This document shows, piece after piece, positions 37,307 to 49,357 of a stretch of 64,000 nt of DNA. This stretch comes from Prorocentrum cordatum. Lineage: Eukaryota. The stretch covers positions 1 to 64,000 of the forward strand of contig CAUYUJ010000077.1 in NCBI GenBank assembly GCA_963575745.1, in the 5' to 3' direction. Every line of letters starts with the position of its first letter. The stretch's first letter is position 1. The position numbers and the translations under genes are program-made. Under the pieces are notes generated by a model, which searched no databases, was not told the DNA's origin, and saw only the letters and a program-made list of their open reading frames with translations.

Positions 37307-40300
37307 ATGACCCCAGCAGAGAGTGACGATGATTTTGTTCCGGAGAATCGGATAGAATTTGTTTCTGGTGAGCACGCAGCCTTGGTCCCAACTGAAGCTG
37401 GTCGCGCGGCCAAGGATAAGGCAGTCTTGTTTTCATTGTACAACCTTCTGACCCAGCAACAGCATGTGACCCGCGATTCACGTGAAACTCAAATCCCACC
37501 AGCCCTCTGGGCGTAGGTGGTCTAGAACAGATCCTCTTCCACCCCTCCCTCTTCCCCCTTGGGGAGGGGTTTACCCCTCCCCCTACCCCCTCCCCTGGAC
37601 CTGGACGGGGGGGGCCGCGGGTAGTTAGAGCGTCCAAGATGGCCCAAGACGGCTCCAAGAGCGCCTCAGAGAACCCAAGATGAGCTCCAAGATGGCTCAA
37701 GATAGCGCAAGATCGCTCACGATGGCTCCTAAGATGGTTCCAAGAAGCCCAAAGACGGCCCCAAGATAACTCCAAGTGGCCAAACAGCTCCCCAAGGAGG
37801 CCCCGAAGAGGCCAAAATCGTCCCAAAACCTAAGGAAAATCAATGATTTTTGCTTTCTCGCCTTTTCGCTTCCGATGGCTATCCGAGGCCTGGAGATGGC
37901 TCCAAGATGGCCCAAGAGGGCCCCAAGAGAGCCCCAAAAGAGCCCCAAGACGGCCCCAAGAGCGCCCAAGAGCACTCCAAGAGCGTTCCAAGAGGGGTCA
38001 AAGAGGCGATTTTAGGGGCTTCCGAGGGGGGACGCTAATTAAACCCCCCCTCTTGTTTGATCGACTCCCTCCAAGATGGCCCCAAAAGCGCCCCGAAGTC
38101 TCCCCAGAGCGCCTCAAGAGGGTCCCAAGAGGCGCCCAAGATGCCCCAAGGCGCCCAAAAAGCCCTCCAAGAGGCCCTCAAAAGACCCCCAAGAAGCTCC
38201 TTCCCCTCCTCCTCCTCCTCCTCCGATTCTTCCTCTTTCTCCGTCCTCCTCCTCCTCCTCCTCCTCCTCCTCTTCCCCCTCCTCCTCCTCCTCGTCCGAC
38301 GACGACGACGACTCCTCTTCCATCCTCCCCCTCTCGGGGTCTGTGACAGCTTCCCCCGCCCTTTGTTATTCTGCATGCTCCCCGACTTCCCTGATCACCT
38401 CAACTCCCCTGAGCATCGTTTCTGGATGGGCTGGTGGGGATACGCGAAGCGTCAACAATTACAAATGCATCGTTTGTCGATTTGCTTGTCAGCAGCATTC
38501 ACCATGGCGACTTGGAATCAGCAGCAAAAGCAAAATTGGGCAGAGATACGAGGCGTTTCATCAATGATCACATGCCGAATACCTATAAGAAATCAGTGAG
38601 GTCTTTTTCTATCGGATATCTTCCAACTGTGTTAAAACAGTTTGGTGGCATCGATATCACAGATTTGGATATCAATCATGTGCTTGGGAGGGTATGCGAC
38701 CATCGGGGCGTTGTCGTGGCCAAATCGGAACGTGGAGACGAGCAGGACAACGCAATTGTTGCAGCTGCAGCTTTTGATGATTACAAATCAAAGTTAAGAT
38801 GCCAGTTTGAACGTTTGGATCCAGATGAAATGGTGGACCAGCTTGTCGCTCAGAGCATCGATCTAGAGAAGCATAAAATGTCGTTGAAGCAGGCCCACGC
38901 CAATGTGTGGCGCGCGCGCGCCCAATGCCAACTTATGGCTGACGAGGTGGCCGAACTTCGAAAATCAGTTGGAACCATCGTCAGCGAAACTACATACAGG
39001 ACTGGGCTTCGTCACGTTCCGACGTTGGGCAAATACAATCTGGCTCTTATCAGGTCTCATGGGCACGTGGCTGCGAACACAGCTTTGGCAATGGTAGCTG
39101 GGTCGGCATGGGCAGGCGAACTCAAGGATTATAAGATTATCACAACTCAGGAGCACAGACTTGCGGCTGGGCAGCGTTTGGTCATGCACCATTTGGCATC
39201 AGCAGCAGACCGAGAACTTCAGCAACACAGTCAATCAGCGCTCCTTCCAACCAGTGCAGAGGACAGAGAAGCCATCGGCATGCGAGGGAAGTTCTGTGGG
39301 ATGGAAGTTGTGACATTCAAAGGCGACGCTACTCATCAAGAGGCATGTGAAAAGTCAAAGATGTATTTGAGCACGGTCGCAACAATGCATTGCAACATCA
39401 ACGCGGTCATGGATGCGTATGCTTTCAATGCTACTCTGAAAAGCGATTCGTGCGAGGACCCTAAGCCGATTGACGAGCCTGGCCCTTGTCATGGCGCCAA
39501 CGCGTCCGACACCAGCGATGGCGAACCGCAAGTTCAGCAAATCGCAACCAGTGTGGCCGACCATCTGGCCAGCCGAGTTGAGAGCGCTAAAGGCTTCGGC
39601 GTTATGCAGAGCGTGGAGCATGGTACTGCCCAGGAGCTTTGGCGTATCGTGGTGAAATCGTTTCAGAGCGTGGGGGTTACCCATCCAGATGATCGGTCCA
39701 ATCAATATCAACGCGACCTCCAGCCAGCTCAGAGAATTCTTCGTGTTTATGCCTTTGGTTTTGATAAGGTGGGCACTGCGTGAAATCGTTGCGTTTGCGG
39801 TCGCCCGTGCTTGCCTGCCTTCCAAAACAGCCAGGTGGCCCCTTCGCCCCTTCAATATTCCAAGCCTCGTTCGTTCGGTTCGGGCCCGATCCACTCGGCT
39901 CCGTCGGCGGCACAGCCTTTTTAGGGGGGTAGCTTTGCAGGCACGACAAGAAATCAAAGGCAAGCACGCGGTCAAAGCAAACGCAGCGAGTTCTCTTGCC
40001 AGGGATCCGATAATCAGGCACACGCTCGTTGGATGAAGTGGAGACTTGCGCCTCATCCATATTTGATGACGATCGTGATCTGGTGCTGCTTTCACCGTTA
40101 CCATCTTATTGTAAAATGTTTAGTTCAGGTTTTGGATACATGGTGTTGGGGTGATGCGATCAGGGCGATGGCCACTGAAGTTCCCGTTGCTGCGATTGCT
40201 GATCAAAGTGGGCAACACTATGAACATGGACATGCGCATGCAGAACAGGAAGCCGATGGAGATGGTGATGATGCAGACGGTGATCGTATTGGGGGCACTT

Positions 40301-42813
40301 GGGATTTCAAGTATTTCAGTGGTGTTGCTACAATAGCGAATGTGGTTCGTTCTGTTGGGGTCCCCCGTAAGATACGGAACTGTTTGGAATCGATGTCAGA
40401 CTTAGAAGTCGCACGTGAAGACATCGAGCGGGCGTGCTCTCGCTTGCCTGGGAGGGTGCTCCGCGGTCGATGGGGCGCCATCGACTCGGTCGAGGACTGG
40501 TTGGTAAACGTGTACGCTGTTCTCAGGCTCGCTTTCGACTGTATATTTGCAGAGGTTAAGGCGAAGAAGAAGCCCAACGGCCGCGGAGAAGGACGGGGTC
40601 GGGGCCGAGGCCGCGGTCGTTCTGCTGCTCCTGGGGCTGACGAGGACAAAGCCTACGCCGAGAAACAGAAATGCTACCGAGCTACAGCGAGAAACCTCTT
40701 GCATAACGTCTTCTTCGTTATCTCGTTCCATGTCAGCCGCGTGGTGAAACAACCATTGACGTACTATTTCAGGTGGGCCCAGAAAAACGTTAAGAAATAC
40801 AACACGGCAAGAAAATCACACAAAACGGATGGATCGACCTACTTGGGACCCACAGTGCTTTCAAAGATGGTGTCCCACAAAGTTGCAGAGATAACTGGTA
40901 GGATTGACGGTTTGCTGGGAGATGGCGGTGATGGTGGAGACACGTGGGAACCATGTTGGAAACTATTGCCTGCAGAGGGTTGCCGTTCCGAGGTCTTGGC
41001 TTTCATCATCACCTTGACGCTGACCGAAGCAGCTAACTGGGACTTTCGATTTGCACAGCCGTTTTCATCTTTGCCCTTGGTGCTGCTCAGGATCGTCGAT
41101 ACCCCTCCAAATCATCAAGATGACCATCGAAAAAGTATCGCTGCCAAATTATTGGATAAACACGCGTGTTGTCACAACGCGAACGCAGAAGAAGATGTCA
41201 CAGTGAAGATGCGTGAAATCTTTCGGCAGGAATTTGACGATATGAGACAGACAGGCCGATGCGATGTCAGCTTGTACGTTGCTGTGCTCATGTTGCGAGC
41301 GTCTTTACCAGATAACACAGAAGACATCGAGGGCTGCAACGGTTGGCTGCAAGCGATGGTTCACCGAGCCCGAAAAATGAAGAAAGGATCAGCCGACGCC
41401 CGCTTGTGCATCAAGTACGGCGATGGGATTACTGCAGAGGTGGCGACTTCACTTGACGATGAGGAGATCTCCGAGTTTATGAAAAAAGATTTCTATGTTA
41501 ATCGGTATGTTCCTGTGGCTGGAGGTGCTGGCCCCGATCTTCCTGCTGAGCGTGATTTTGCGTGTGTCCACGATAAGACGGAGCCTACCATCTTAGCAGC
41601 AGCGTTCTCCATGGACGTCTACAGGAAGATCGATGTCTGCTGCAAGCACGTGGTCTTCATCAAGGACTTGGGTTCTCAAGGTCGGGAGTCGGAGACGACG
41701 CGACGCGCGTGATCCCCGCAAGCCCCTTTCATGCATCCCCCGTCCCGTGTTTTGCCCCATGGGGCGACTACGTCGCCTGCGGTCGATCGCAGTGCTGGTC
41801 GGTCGGGTCCCTGTCAACTTATGTATTTGTCAAGCCGGGGCTGTTTTTGTAAAAATCCGAGCGGGGGCGTGGAAGATATGAAAAGGGCGTGCGAGGATAG
41901 CGTCGCGTTGCGTAGATCCGACTCCCAGCAGGATGGGCCTGGGATTTCATATTGTGGTGACTGCTTCCTTCTTGTTTGGACATACCGTTGCATGGTATAC
42001 ACGGCCGCTGCCAAGATCACAGTCGGTGGCCACTGCAAGCTAAAACGACCCCTGGAGATGAAACGGTTGATTGACGTCATGGTGTTATTTCCATTGTGCG
42101 CTGCAGGCGGCCCTTTGACGACAGACGAGGTCCCGAAGGCCAAAAAGAAAAGGAAGAGAACACCGAAGATGATGAAACTGCATCGTGTGCCTATCAAGTG
42201 GAATGGATTGGACCATGGTGCCGTGGACTTTGAGAAGCTGGAGTCCGTCGAGCTTTACGCTCAACCGAGTGCGACCAAGCGAAAGAAGGTATCGCCAGGG
42301 CCTGCGCCAGAAGCTGGATCAGCTGCAGTGCCAATCGCAGATGACGAACCAGATGGTCTCGATCCTGACCTAGAGGAGTACTGGGTGAGAGAACTCGAGG
42401 CCGTGATGGGCCGTGGTCTCGAGGGCGATTCAGGTGACGAGAACGAGCCCGAAGCAGATCCTGATCACGTCGGCCATGCGACTGACCAAGTCTTGGATGA
42501 AGATGGATTGTTTGAAGAACCAGGGGGCGATGTCGACCCTCTGCCGTGCGACGAGGATTCTGACCGAGATGATTTTGATCACCCTCATGTTGATCTTGTT
42601 GCCCCGATGCCGTCTGTGGACCCGCCAGATTCGGAGTGCGTGTCGTTAGCAATGGCACCTGTGCGGAGGCAAATGCGAGATGCACGACAATTACTTGCGG
42701 ATGCAACTACAACGAATTGCGGCCTCTTAGTGGTTGCCAATGCTGTGCGATCGTCAAGTCAGGATATTCAATATTGTTGTTTCAAGACGTGTACCTCAAC
42801 TCAAGAGAAGTAG
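37307..42813 (+). pseudogene. Large hAT-like DDE transposase gene (~1,350 aa reconstructed), interrupted by a HINE-like insertion
   Basis: Segments 37307-37494 + 38460-39768 + 40003-41664 + 41932-42813 join in frame. Motifs in the expected order: VTFKGDAT (D1), FGFDK|GSDN (D2, across a GT-AG intron at 39769-40002), WCCFHRYHL (CxxH), RGRWG (hAT-like RW) and NTEDIEGCNG (E). The second intron (GA-AG, 41665-41931) is less certain. Confidence 0.7.
37495..38459 (+). mobile_element. Helentron/HINE (DINE-1)-like non-autonomous element
   Basis: 5' CCCACCAGCCC with an adjacent partial palindrome, CCAAGA-rich core and CCT microsatellite, subterminal GGGCTGGTGGG, 3' hairpin ACGC-GAA-GCGT, and AAT at both junctions. 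Removing it restores the host reading frame (ETQ-I-TNAS). Confidence 0.7.
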
Positions 42814-43984
42814 ACTGGTTTGCAAACCACAATCGGCGGCTCGGGGCCCCACTCTGGTGAACAACGCTGGCTGCTTGAAAGGCTATCGTGCCGTACTTGT
42901 TGTCCACGCAAAGACGTTTCGACTAGCCCGTTCGTGGTCCGCAAGCTCCGAATCGAAACCTACAACAAAACACGGTTTCTGCAGAGGTTGCCACCGCTGG
43001 TTTCTACTTCTCAAAAAGTACCGACAGAGACCAACTGTTACACTGGTCCCAGTACACACAGCGCAGCAGCCTTGGCTTTCGGTCATCCTATGCGAAGAGG
43101 TAGGCGCCGAAAAGGCCAAAAGGCATAGTCATTGTCGATGCAGCTGAAGGCTTCTACCATTGTAGGTCATGTCTGTCATGTTGGCATCTTGGCTGTGCCA
43201 GGCTGGCGCTATCTTCTTGGAGGCCAGACCTGGACGTACTGGGGCGCATCCCTGGCGCGGCCAGCTTCAGGTGCGCTGTGTGTGCATCTCTTTGATCGTG
43301 GAAAGGTTGAGAGGATGGGCAATTGTAAGAGTAGGAAGTGGAGAGTGATTGAACGGGGACGGGTGGAGGGGGAAGGTAATATTGCAACAACGCGGCGTCG
43401 CGGCGACGCGCCCAGGCCGCTGGCTCGCCGCGACTGCACGTGCGAGGGAACAGCCGTGCATTAGCCTGATCGTTAGCTCTCGTGATCCTTCCCCTCATCC
43501 TTTCCCAATCCCCCACCCTCCCTGTCTCATCCTCCACCCGCCTTAGCCCCCGTTACTGGTGTTACGTCTAAGGGGGTGTGGAGTAACATGCCCCCGTCCT
43601 CGTCCCCCTAAGTGGGGCAGCTGTGCGGCTAGCACGTTTGACTCCGCCTTGCAATGCAAGGCCCTTGCGTGCCACGACCGTGGCCGACCGTGGACGGCAA
43701 CGGTGTGAAATAAATTGCGAGACGATGGCAAACGCGACTGTGTGTTGCAGCATCCGTTGCAATGAACGGCGCGCGGTGGGGTATCATGCCATATGTGGGA
43801 ACCACAACAAGCGTGACCATCAACATATAACAAGCAGCACGCGCAATGCACAGCAACAACAAAACAATAATAATACAACAAAAACAGATCATTTTGTTTA
43901 AGAAAAAACCTCTCCGAACTAAATAAAATCGAAACACACAACAACGACACGCCTGTAGGAAGCGTGATCGCATCCAAATGGCGT

Positions 43985-44410
43985 GTGATTTTCCCCCAGG
44001 GGCCTAAATTATATCCCAAGGGGGTCCATTCTCCCCCAGAGGCCTAAACTGAGCCTCCTGGCATACCCATTTCCCCCCAGAGGCCTACATGAGCATCCTC
44101 AGGGGTAGGTAGTTCCCCCAGGAGCCACAAGTGGACAGTCTTGCAGCTGGCATTTGCCCTCTGAGGGGAAATGAAAACCGATTCCTATCGAGCAAGCTCT
44201 TGTCCAGACACGTTGTTGTCGTGAACGATGTACTCCGTCGGCTCTGGGATTCGCGTGCGAGCTCATGTCGATTTTGGCCCCTGGGGGGAAAACGAAAAGA
44301 GAGGCGTTAGGAACGTCTTGATGTCGAAGCCATCGCGTGAATCGATTTTCCCCCAGGGGGCAAAACGATCAAGCGATGGAGATCCTCCGACCCGCTGGGG
44401 GCAACCCAGC
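43985..44410. repeat. Cluster of TTCCCCCAG(A/G)GGC motifs in direct and inverted orientation
   Basis: Direct copies at ~43991, 44030, 44072, 44113 and 44348; inverted copies at ~44156 and ~44277. Confidence 0.6.
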
Positions 44411-44700
44411 GATTGATTCAAGTTAATGTGCGGAGGCTGGGCAGATTAAACAATGAGTCTGAATCGGAGCCTCCCTGCTCAAGATGTTGCTTGTTCTGTG
44501 GGCGCAAAGGGGCAGGAGATTCCAGCACGGCGCTCAACTGCTGCTGCTCCTCATCCTGCTCCTTCACTGTGTTTGTTCTCCTCTCCTTCGCTCATCCATA
44601 GCCGTTGTGGTTCATGACTTGCCGTGGCATGTTCTTGCTACATCGTCTTCTCCCCACAGTTTTGGCACTCGTGGCACTGGCGACTGCACTCGTGGCTGGC

Positions 44701-44800
44701 NNNNNNNNNNNNNNNNNNNNNNNNNNNNNNNNNNNNNNNNNNNNNNNNNNNNNNNNNNNNNNNNNNNNNNNNNNNNNNNNNNNNNNNNNNNNNNNNNNNN
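44701..44800. other. Assembly gap (100 N)
   Basis: Run of n; true length unknown. Confidence 1.
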
Positions 44801-46292
44801 CAGCACAACCGCAGCACAACCTCCAGCCGAACCTCCAGCACGACTCCAGCACAACCTCCAGCGCATCCTCCATCACAACTCCATCACAACCTGCAGCACA
44901 ACACCAGCACAAAACCTCCAGCATCGACCTCCAGCACAACCTCCAGCACAAACCCGCAGCACGCCTCCAGCAACAACTCCCCAGCACAACCCCTCAGCAC
45001 AACCTCCATCACAATCCCCCAGCACAACCCCCCAGCACAACCCCCCAGCACAACCCTTCAGCACAACCCCTCAGCACAGCCCCCAGCACAACCCACCCAG
45101 CACAACCCCTCAGCACAACTCCCCAGCACAACCCCCCAGCACAGCCCCCCCAGCACAACCACCCAGCAGAACCCCCCAGCACAACCCCTCAGCAGAACCC
45201 ACCAGCACAACCCCCCAGCACAACCCCCCCAGCACAACCCCTTGTGCTGGGGGGTTGTGCTCTGGGGTTGTGCTGGGAGGTTGTGTTGAGGTGTTGTGCT
45301 GGGGGTTTGTGCTGAGGGGTTGTGCTGTGGGGTTGTGCTGAGGGATTGTGCTGAGGGGTTCTGCTGAGAGGTTGTGCTCGCGGGGTTTTTTTTTTTTTTT
45401 TTAATTGTTGAGGTGTTGTCTGGGGGTTTGTGCTGAGGGTTGTGCTGAGTGGATTGTGCTGCCGGGTGGTGTTTGGGGGGTTGTGTGGGGGTTGTGCTGA
45501 GGGATTGTGCTGAGGGTTGTGGCTGAGAGGTTTGTGCTGGAGGGGTGGTTCTGGGGATTGTGCCTGAGGGTTGTGCTGAGGGGGTTTTGCTGGGGAATTG
45601 CGCTGGGGGGTTGTGCTGAGGTTGTGCTGGAGGGTTGTGCTGAGGGGTTGTGCTGAGGGGTTGTGCTGGGGGGTTGTGATGAGGGCTTGTGCGGGGGGGT
45701 CGTGCTGAGGGGTTGTGCTGTGGGGTTGTGCTCAGGGGTCGCATTGAGGGTTTTGCTGAGGGGTTGTGCTGGAGTGTTGTGCTGAGGGGTTGTGCTGAGG
45801 GGCTGTGCGCTGGGGGGGGGGGGGGGGGGGGGCTGAGGGGTTTTGCTGTCAGGGGTTTGTGATGAGGGGTTTTGCTGGGGGTTTGTGCTAGGGGTTGTGC
45901 TGGAGGAGTTTTGCTGATGAGGGGTTGTGATGGGGGGTTGTGCTGAGGGGTTGTGCTGAGGGTTTGTGCCGGAGGGTCGTGCTGAGGGGTTGTGCTGGAG
46001 GTTGTGCCGAGAGATGGTGCAGAGGGGTTCTCTTGGGGGTTGAGCTGAGGGTTGTGCCGAGGTGTTGTGCTGCGGGGTGGTGCCGTGGGGGTAGTGCTGA
46101 GGGGTTGTGCTGAGGGCTTGTGCTGGAGGGTTGTGCTGGAGTGGTCGTGCTCGAGGATCGTGCCGAGGGGTTTTGCTGGAGGTTGTGCTCAGAGATAATG
46201 ATGAGGATTGTGCTGCAACGTTGTTGCGCGGGTTGAGCTAGGGGGTCGTGCTGAGGGGTTGTGCTGGAGGGTCGTGCTGAGGGGTCGTGCTG
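44801..46292. repeat. Same satellite: C-rich arm (44801-45241) abutting a G-rich arm (45242-46292)
   Basis: CCCCCCAGCACAA-cccc-TTGTGCTGGGGGG inversion centre at ~45240; the G arm is dominated by TTGTGCTGAGGGG. Confidence 0.95.
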
Positions 46293-46729
46293 AAGGGCGC
46301 GCGGGGCGCCAGCAGCCTAGATAATGCAGCGCGGGAGGCCCACCCGCTGGATTCACATGCGAAGGCCTGGCGTGCCCAGCCGCGCAAGGTACGAGGGCCG
46401 AGCGCTGGATGGAATTGCGGCCACGTGCGCGTGCAGCTCTCGCCGAGGCCAGCCCAATACACACGGCGACGGCGACGGCGACGGCGCCGAGAGCCTGAGC
46501 GTGCTAACTTGCGGCTGCGCGTGACCCTGCCTGGTTTCTGGCGCCGTCGCACGAAGCGGAGCTCCAGCGCACCCCCCCCTAAGCGACTGGGTGCCCACAC
46601 GGCGCCCGCGTCGAAAGCGCAACGCGGTCGCCCCGCCGAACCAGTTTCTTTGCCCGGCCCCAGCGTACCGGACCGCGACAGGCACCCTCCGCCGAGGCCC
46701 TTGGAAACGTGTGGCTCAGGATGGAAACG

Positions 46730-48165
46730 TCAGAACTCGAACTCTGTCGCTTCCAGGTCGGGGCACGACTCGATGGCCGCCCGCACCGCGTCGGGCGCCA
46801 TGATGAGCCCCCTGCAGCTGCGGCGCTGGACGGCGCGCGTGATCAAGAACCTCGCGGCACCAGCGATGTTGCCCCTCTTTCGGGCCTGGCCCAGGAGCTT
46901 AGCCACGTCGCTCTCCGTCGCGATCGGCGGCGAGGCGGCGGGCGCCGCCGCCTCCTCCTCTGGGGGAACGAAAAGGTACCGATACCGCAACCCCCTGGAC
47001 CTCCCCCGGGGTGCGTTCTGACCAGAAATTCGAAGCGAATCCAGCCGTGGCAACGAGGAATCTCCAGAAGGCCCAAGAAGGCCAAAACGGCGGCGGGGTA
47101 GCGGCATCGGTACCTTTCCCCCCCCCTGATCCTGCTCACTCTCCGCTGGAAGCGTCGCGATCAGCGTGCTCGTGCAGCTGCTCGCGCCGTCGTCGGCCCC
47201 AGCGGCCGCCGCGTCGGCCCCAGCGGCCGCCGCGTCGGCGGCCTCGGCGCCGGGGCCGCCGCCAGCCCCGCCCCCGCCCAGGTCCTCGTCGCCGACGTCG
47301 CTGGACTTCGCCGAGGAACTGGAACTCGAGGAAGACGAGGAGGACGACGCGACCTCCGCGCCCACGGCCGCGGCCTCCTCGGCAGCGCCACCGTCGGACT
47401 CCTCGGCGTCGGCGTCGTCCTCGTCCTGCCGCCAACCCAGGGCGTGGTGCTCCTCGAGGCCTGCCGCATCGGGGTCCCAGGGCTCGACCTTAAACTTCGG
47501 GTAGGAGTCGACCTTGACCTCCTCAGCCCAACGCTGCGTCAAGCAAGAGCGCAGACCACTGTGGAACGCGCACCGCGCGTGGGCGCCCTGCATCTCCGAA
47601 AGGTAGCGCCTGTGGGCGTCGGGGGCCCACTGCGCGATGAAGACGCGCCGATCAGAGGCGGTGGACTTCTCGAACAACTTCCTGTTAGATCGCGATAGAA
47701 GCCAAGTATCCTGCTCGTCCTGCATGTAAGCCTTGATCTTTCGCCCTGGACCTCGGTCCACCAGCTGCCAGATGTGCGTGGTGCTCTTCGGCGGGCCCAG
47801 GTGGCAGATCGTCTTGAGCTCACCCATGGCCCGACGATAGGACGTCGTGCGAGACGCGTCCAGAGAGTCCGTGACGAGCAAGGCCGCCTCGTTCGAGCCC
47901 TCACGGCGCGGCGCCCAGACAGCGTCGATCCACTTCCGCATCGTCGCCCTGTCCATCCACGCCTTCGGCTGGAACAACACCGCCACGTCGTCGGGGTACC
48001 GCGACCGCTCCACCGCCGAGATCTGGCCCTTGCCCCTGGAAATGATCGACAATTTTGGTTGCGGCTGGGTCAGGTCCGCGGAGAAGCACAACTGCAGCGT
48101 GCACTCCCGCTTCTCCCGCCCTGCGCCCGCCCCCGCGACCTTGCGCGACCCCGTCGCCACGTCTT
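46730..48165 (-). CDS. pogo/Tigger-like transposase, DDE_1-type catalytic region + acidic linker + C-terminal extension
   Basis: Canonical pogo-family motifs GREKRECTLQLCFSAD, VLFQPKAWMD, LLVTDSL (D2) and PPKSTTHIWQLVD (D3); 36 residues lie between D2 and D3. Confidence 0.85.
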
Positions 48166-48261
48166 CTGGGGAACACCATGCCTGCGGGCGCGCGTTCCAA
48201 CGAGCGCCCCCCCGTTCCCCCGACGCCCATTCGCGGCCGCCACGGCCCAGGAATTTCCGGG

Positions 48262-48403
48262 TGTGCTGAGGGGTTGTGCTGAGGGGTCGTGCTGAGGGAT
48301 CGTGCTGAGAGGTTGTGCTGGGGGGTTATGCTGAGGGGTTGTGCTGAGGGGTTGTGCTGAGGGGTTGTGCTGCGGGGTTGTGCTGGGGGGGGGGGGGGGA
48401 GGT

Positions 48404-48445
<42 letters not shown>

Positions 48446-49122
48446 TGCTGGGGGGTTGTGGCTGAGGGGTTGGATGGGGGGTGTGGGCTGGGGGTGTGTG
48501 CTGATGGGTTGTGCTGAGGGTTTGTGCTGAGGGGGGTGTGCTGGGGGGTTGTGCTGAGGGTTTGTGCTCTGGGGGTTTGTGGGCTGATCGGTTGTGCCTG
48601 AGGGGTTGTGCTGGGGGGTTTTTGTGCTGGGGGGGTTGTGCTGAGGGTGTTGTGCTGAGGTTTTGGTGCTATGGGTTTTGCTGAGGGTTGTGCTGAGGGG
48701 GTTGGGCTGAGGCTTTGTGCGGAGGGGTTGTTGCTGAGGGGGGTTGCGCTGAGGTTTGTGCTGGGGGGGGGTGCTGATGGGTTGTGCTGAGGGGTTGTGC
48801 TGAGGGATTGTGCTGAGGGGTTGTGCGAGGTTGTGGGGGTTGTGCTGAGAATTGTGCTGGGGGATTGTGCAGAGGGGTTTGTGCGAAGCGCGGTTTGTGC
48901 TGGGGTTGTGCTGAGGGTTGTGCTGAGGGGTTTGCTGAGGGGTTTGTGCTGAGGGGGTTGTGCTGAGGGATTGTGCTGTGGGGTTACGCTGAGGGGTTGT
49001 GCTGAGGGGTTGTGCTGAGGGCTTGTGCTGGGGGGGTGCGCTGGGGGGTTGTGCTGATGGGGTTGTGCTGAGGGGTTGCGCTGAGGGGTTGTGCCGTGGG
49101 GGTGTGCGGAGGGGTCGTGCTG
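48262..49122 (+). repeat. TTGTGCTGAGGGG satellite array inside the pogo-like gene, with a poly-G tract
   Basis: Seen directly; poly-G at ~48385-48445. Confidence 0.95.
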
Positions 49123-49357
49123 AAGGGCGCGCGGGGCGCCAGCAGCCTAGATAATACAGCGCGCGAGGCCCACCCGCTGGATACACATGCGAGGGCCTGG
49201 CGTGCCCAGCCGCGCAAGGTACGAGGGCCGAGCGCTGGAAGGAATTGCGGCCGCGTGCGCGTGCAGGTCTCGCCGAAGCCAGTCCAGTTCTCTCGCCGGG
49301 GGTGGTCCTGACCGCTGCGCCCCCCTGCCCCCTGGGAAACGGTGACCCCTGGCGCTC

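Noticed and set aside
42814..43147. Further coding tail of the hAT-like gene
   Set aside because: Protein-like pieces appear in three different frames, and I could not define a consistent frame or splice path.
45242..46292. Telomeric repeat
   Set aside because: The unit is 12-14 bp and heterogeneous, unlike the TTTAGGG-type repeat reported for dinoflagellates, and the arrays are internal and in both orientations.
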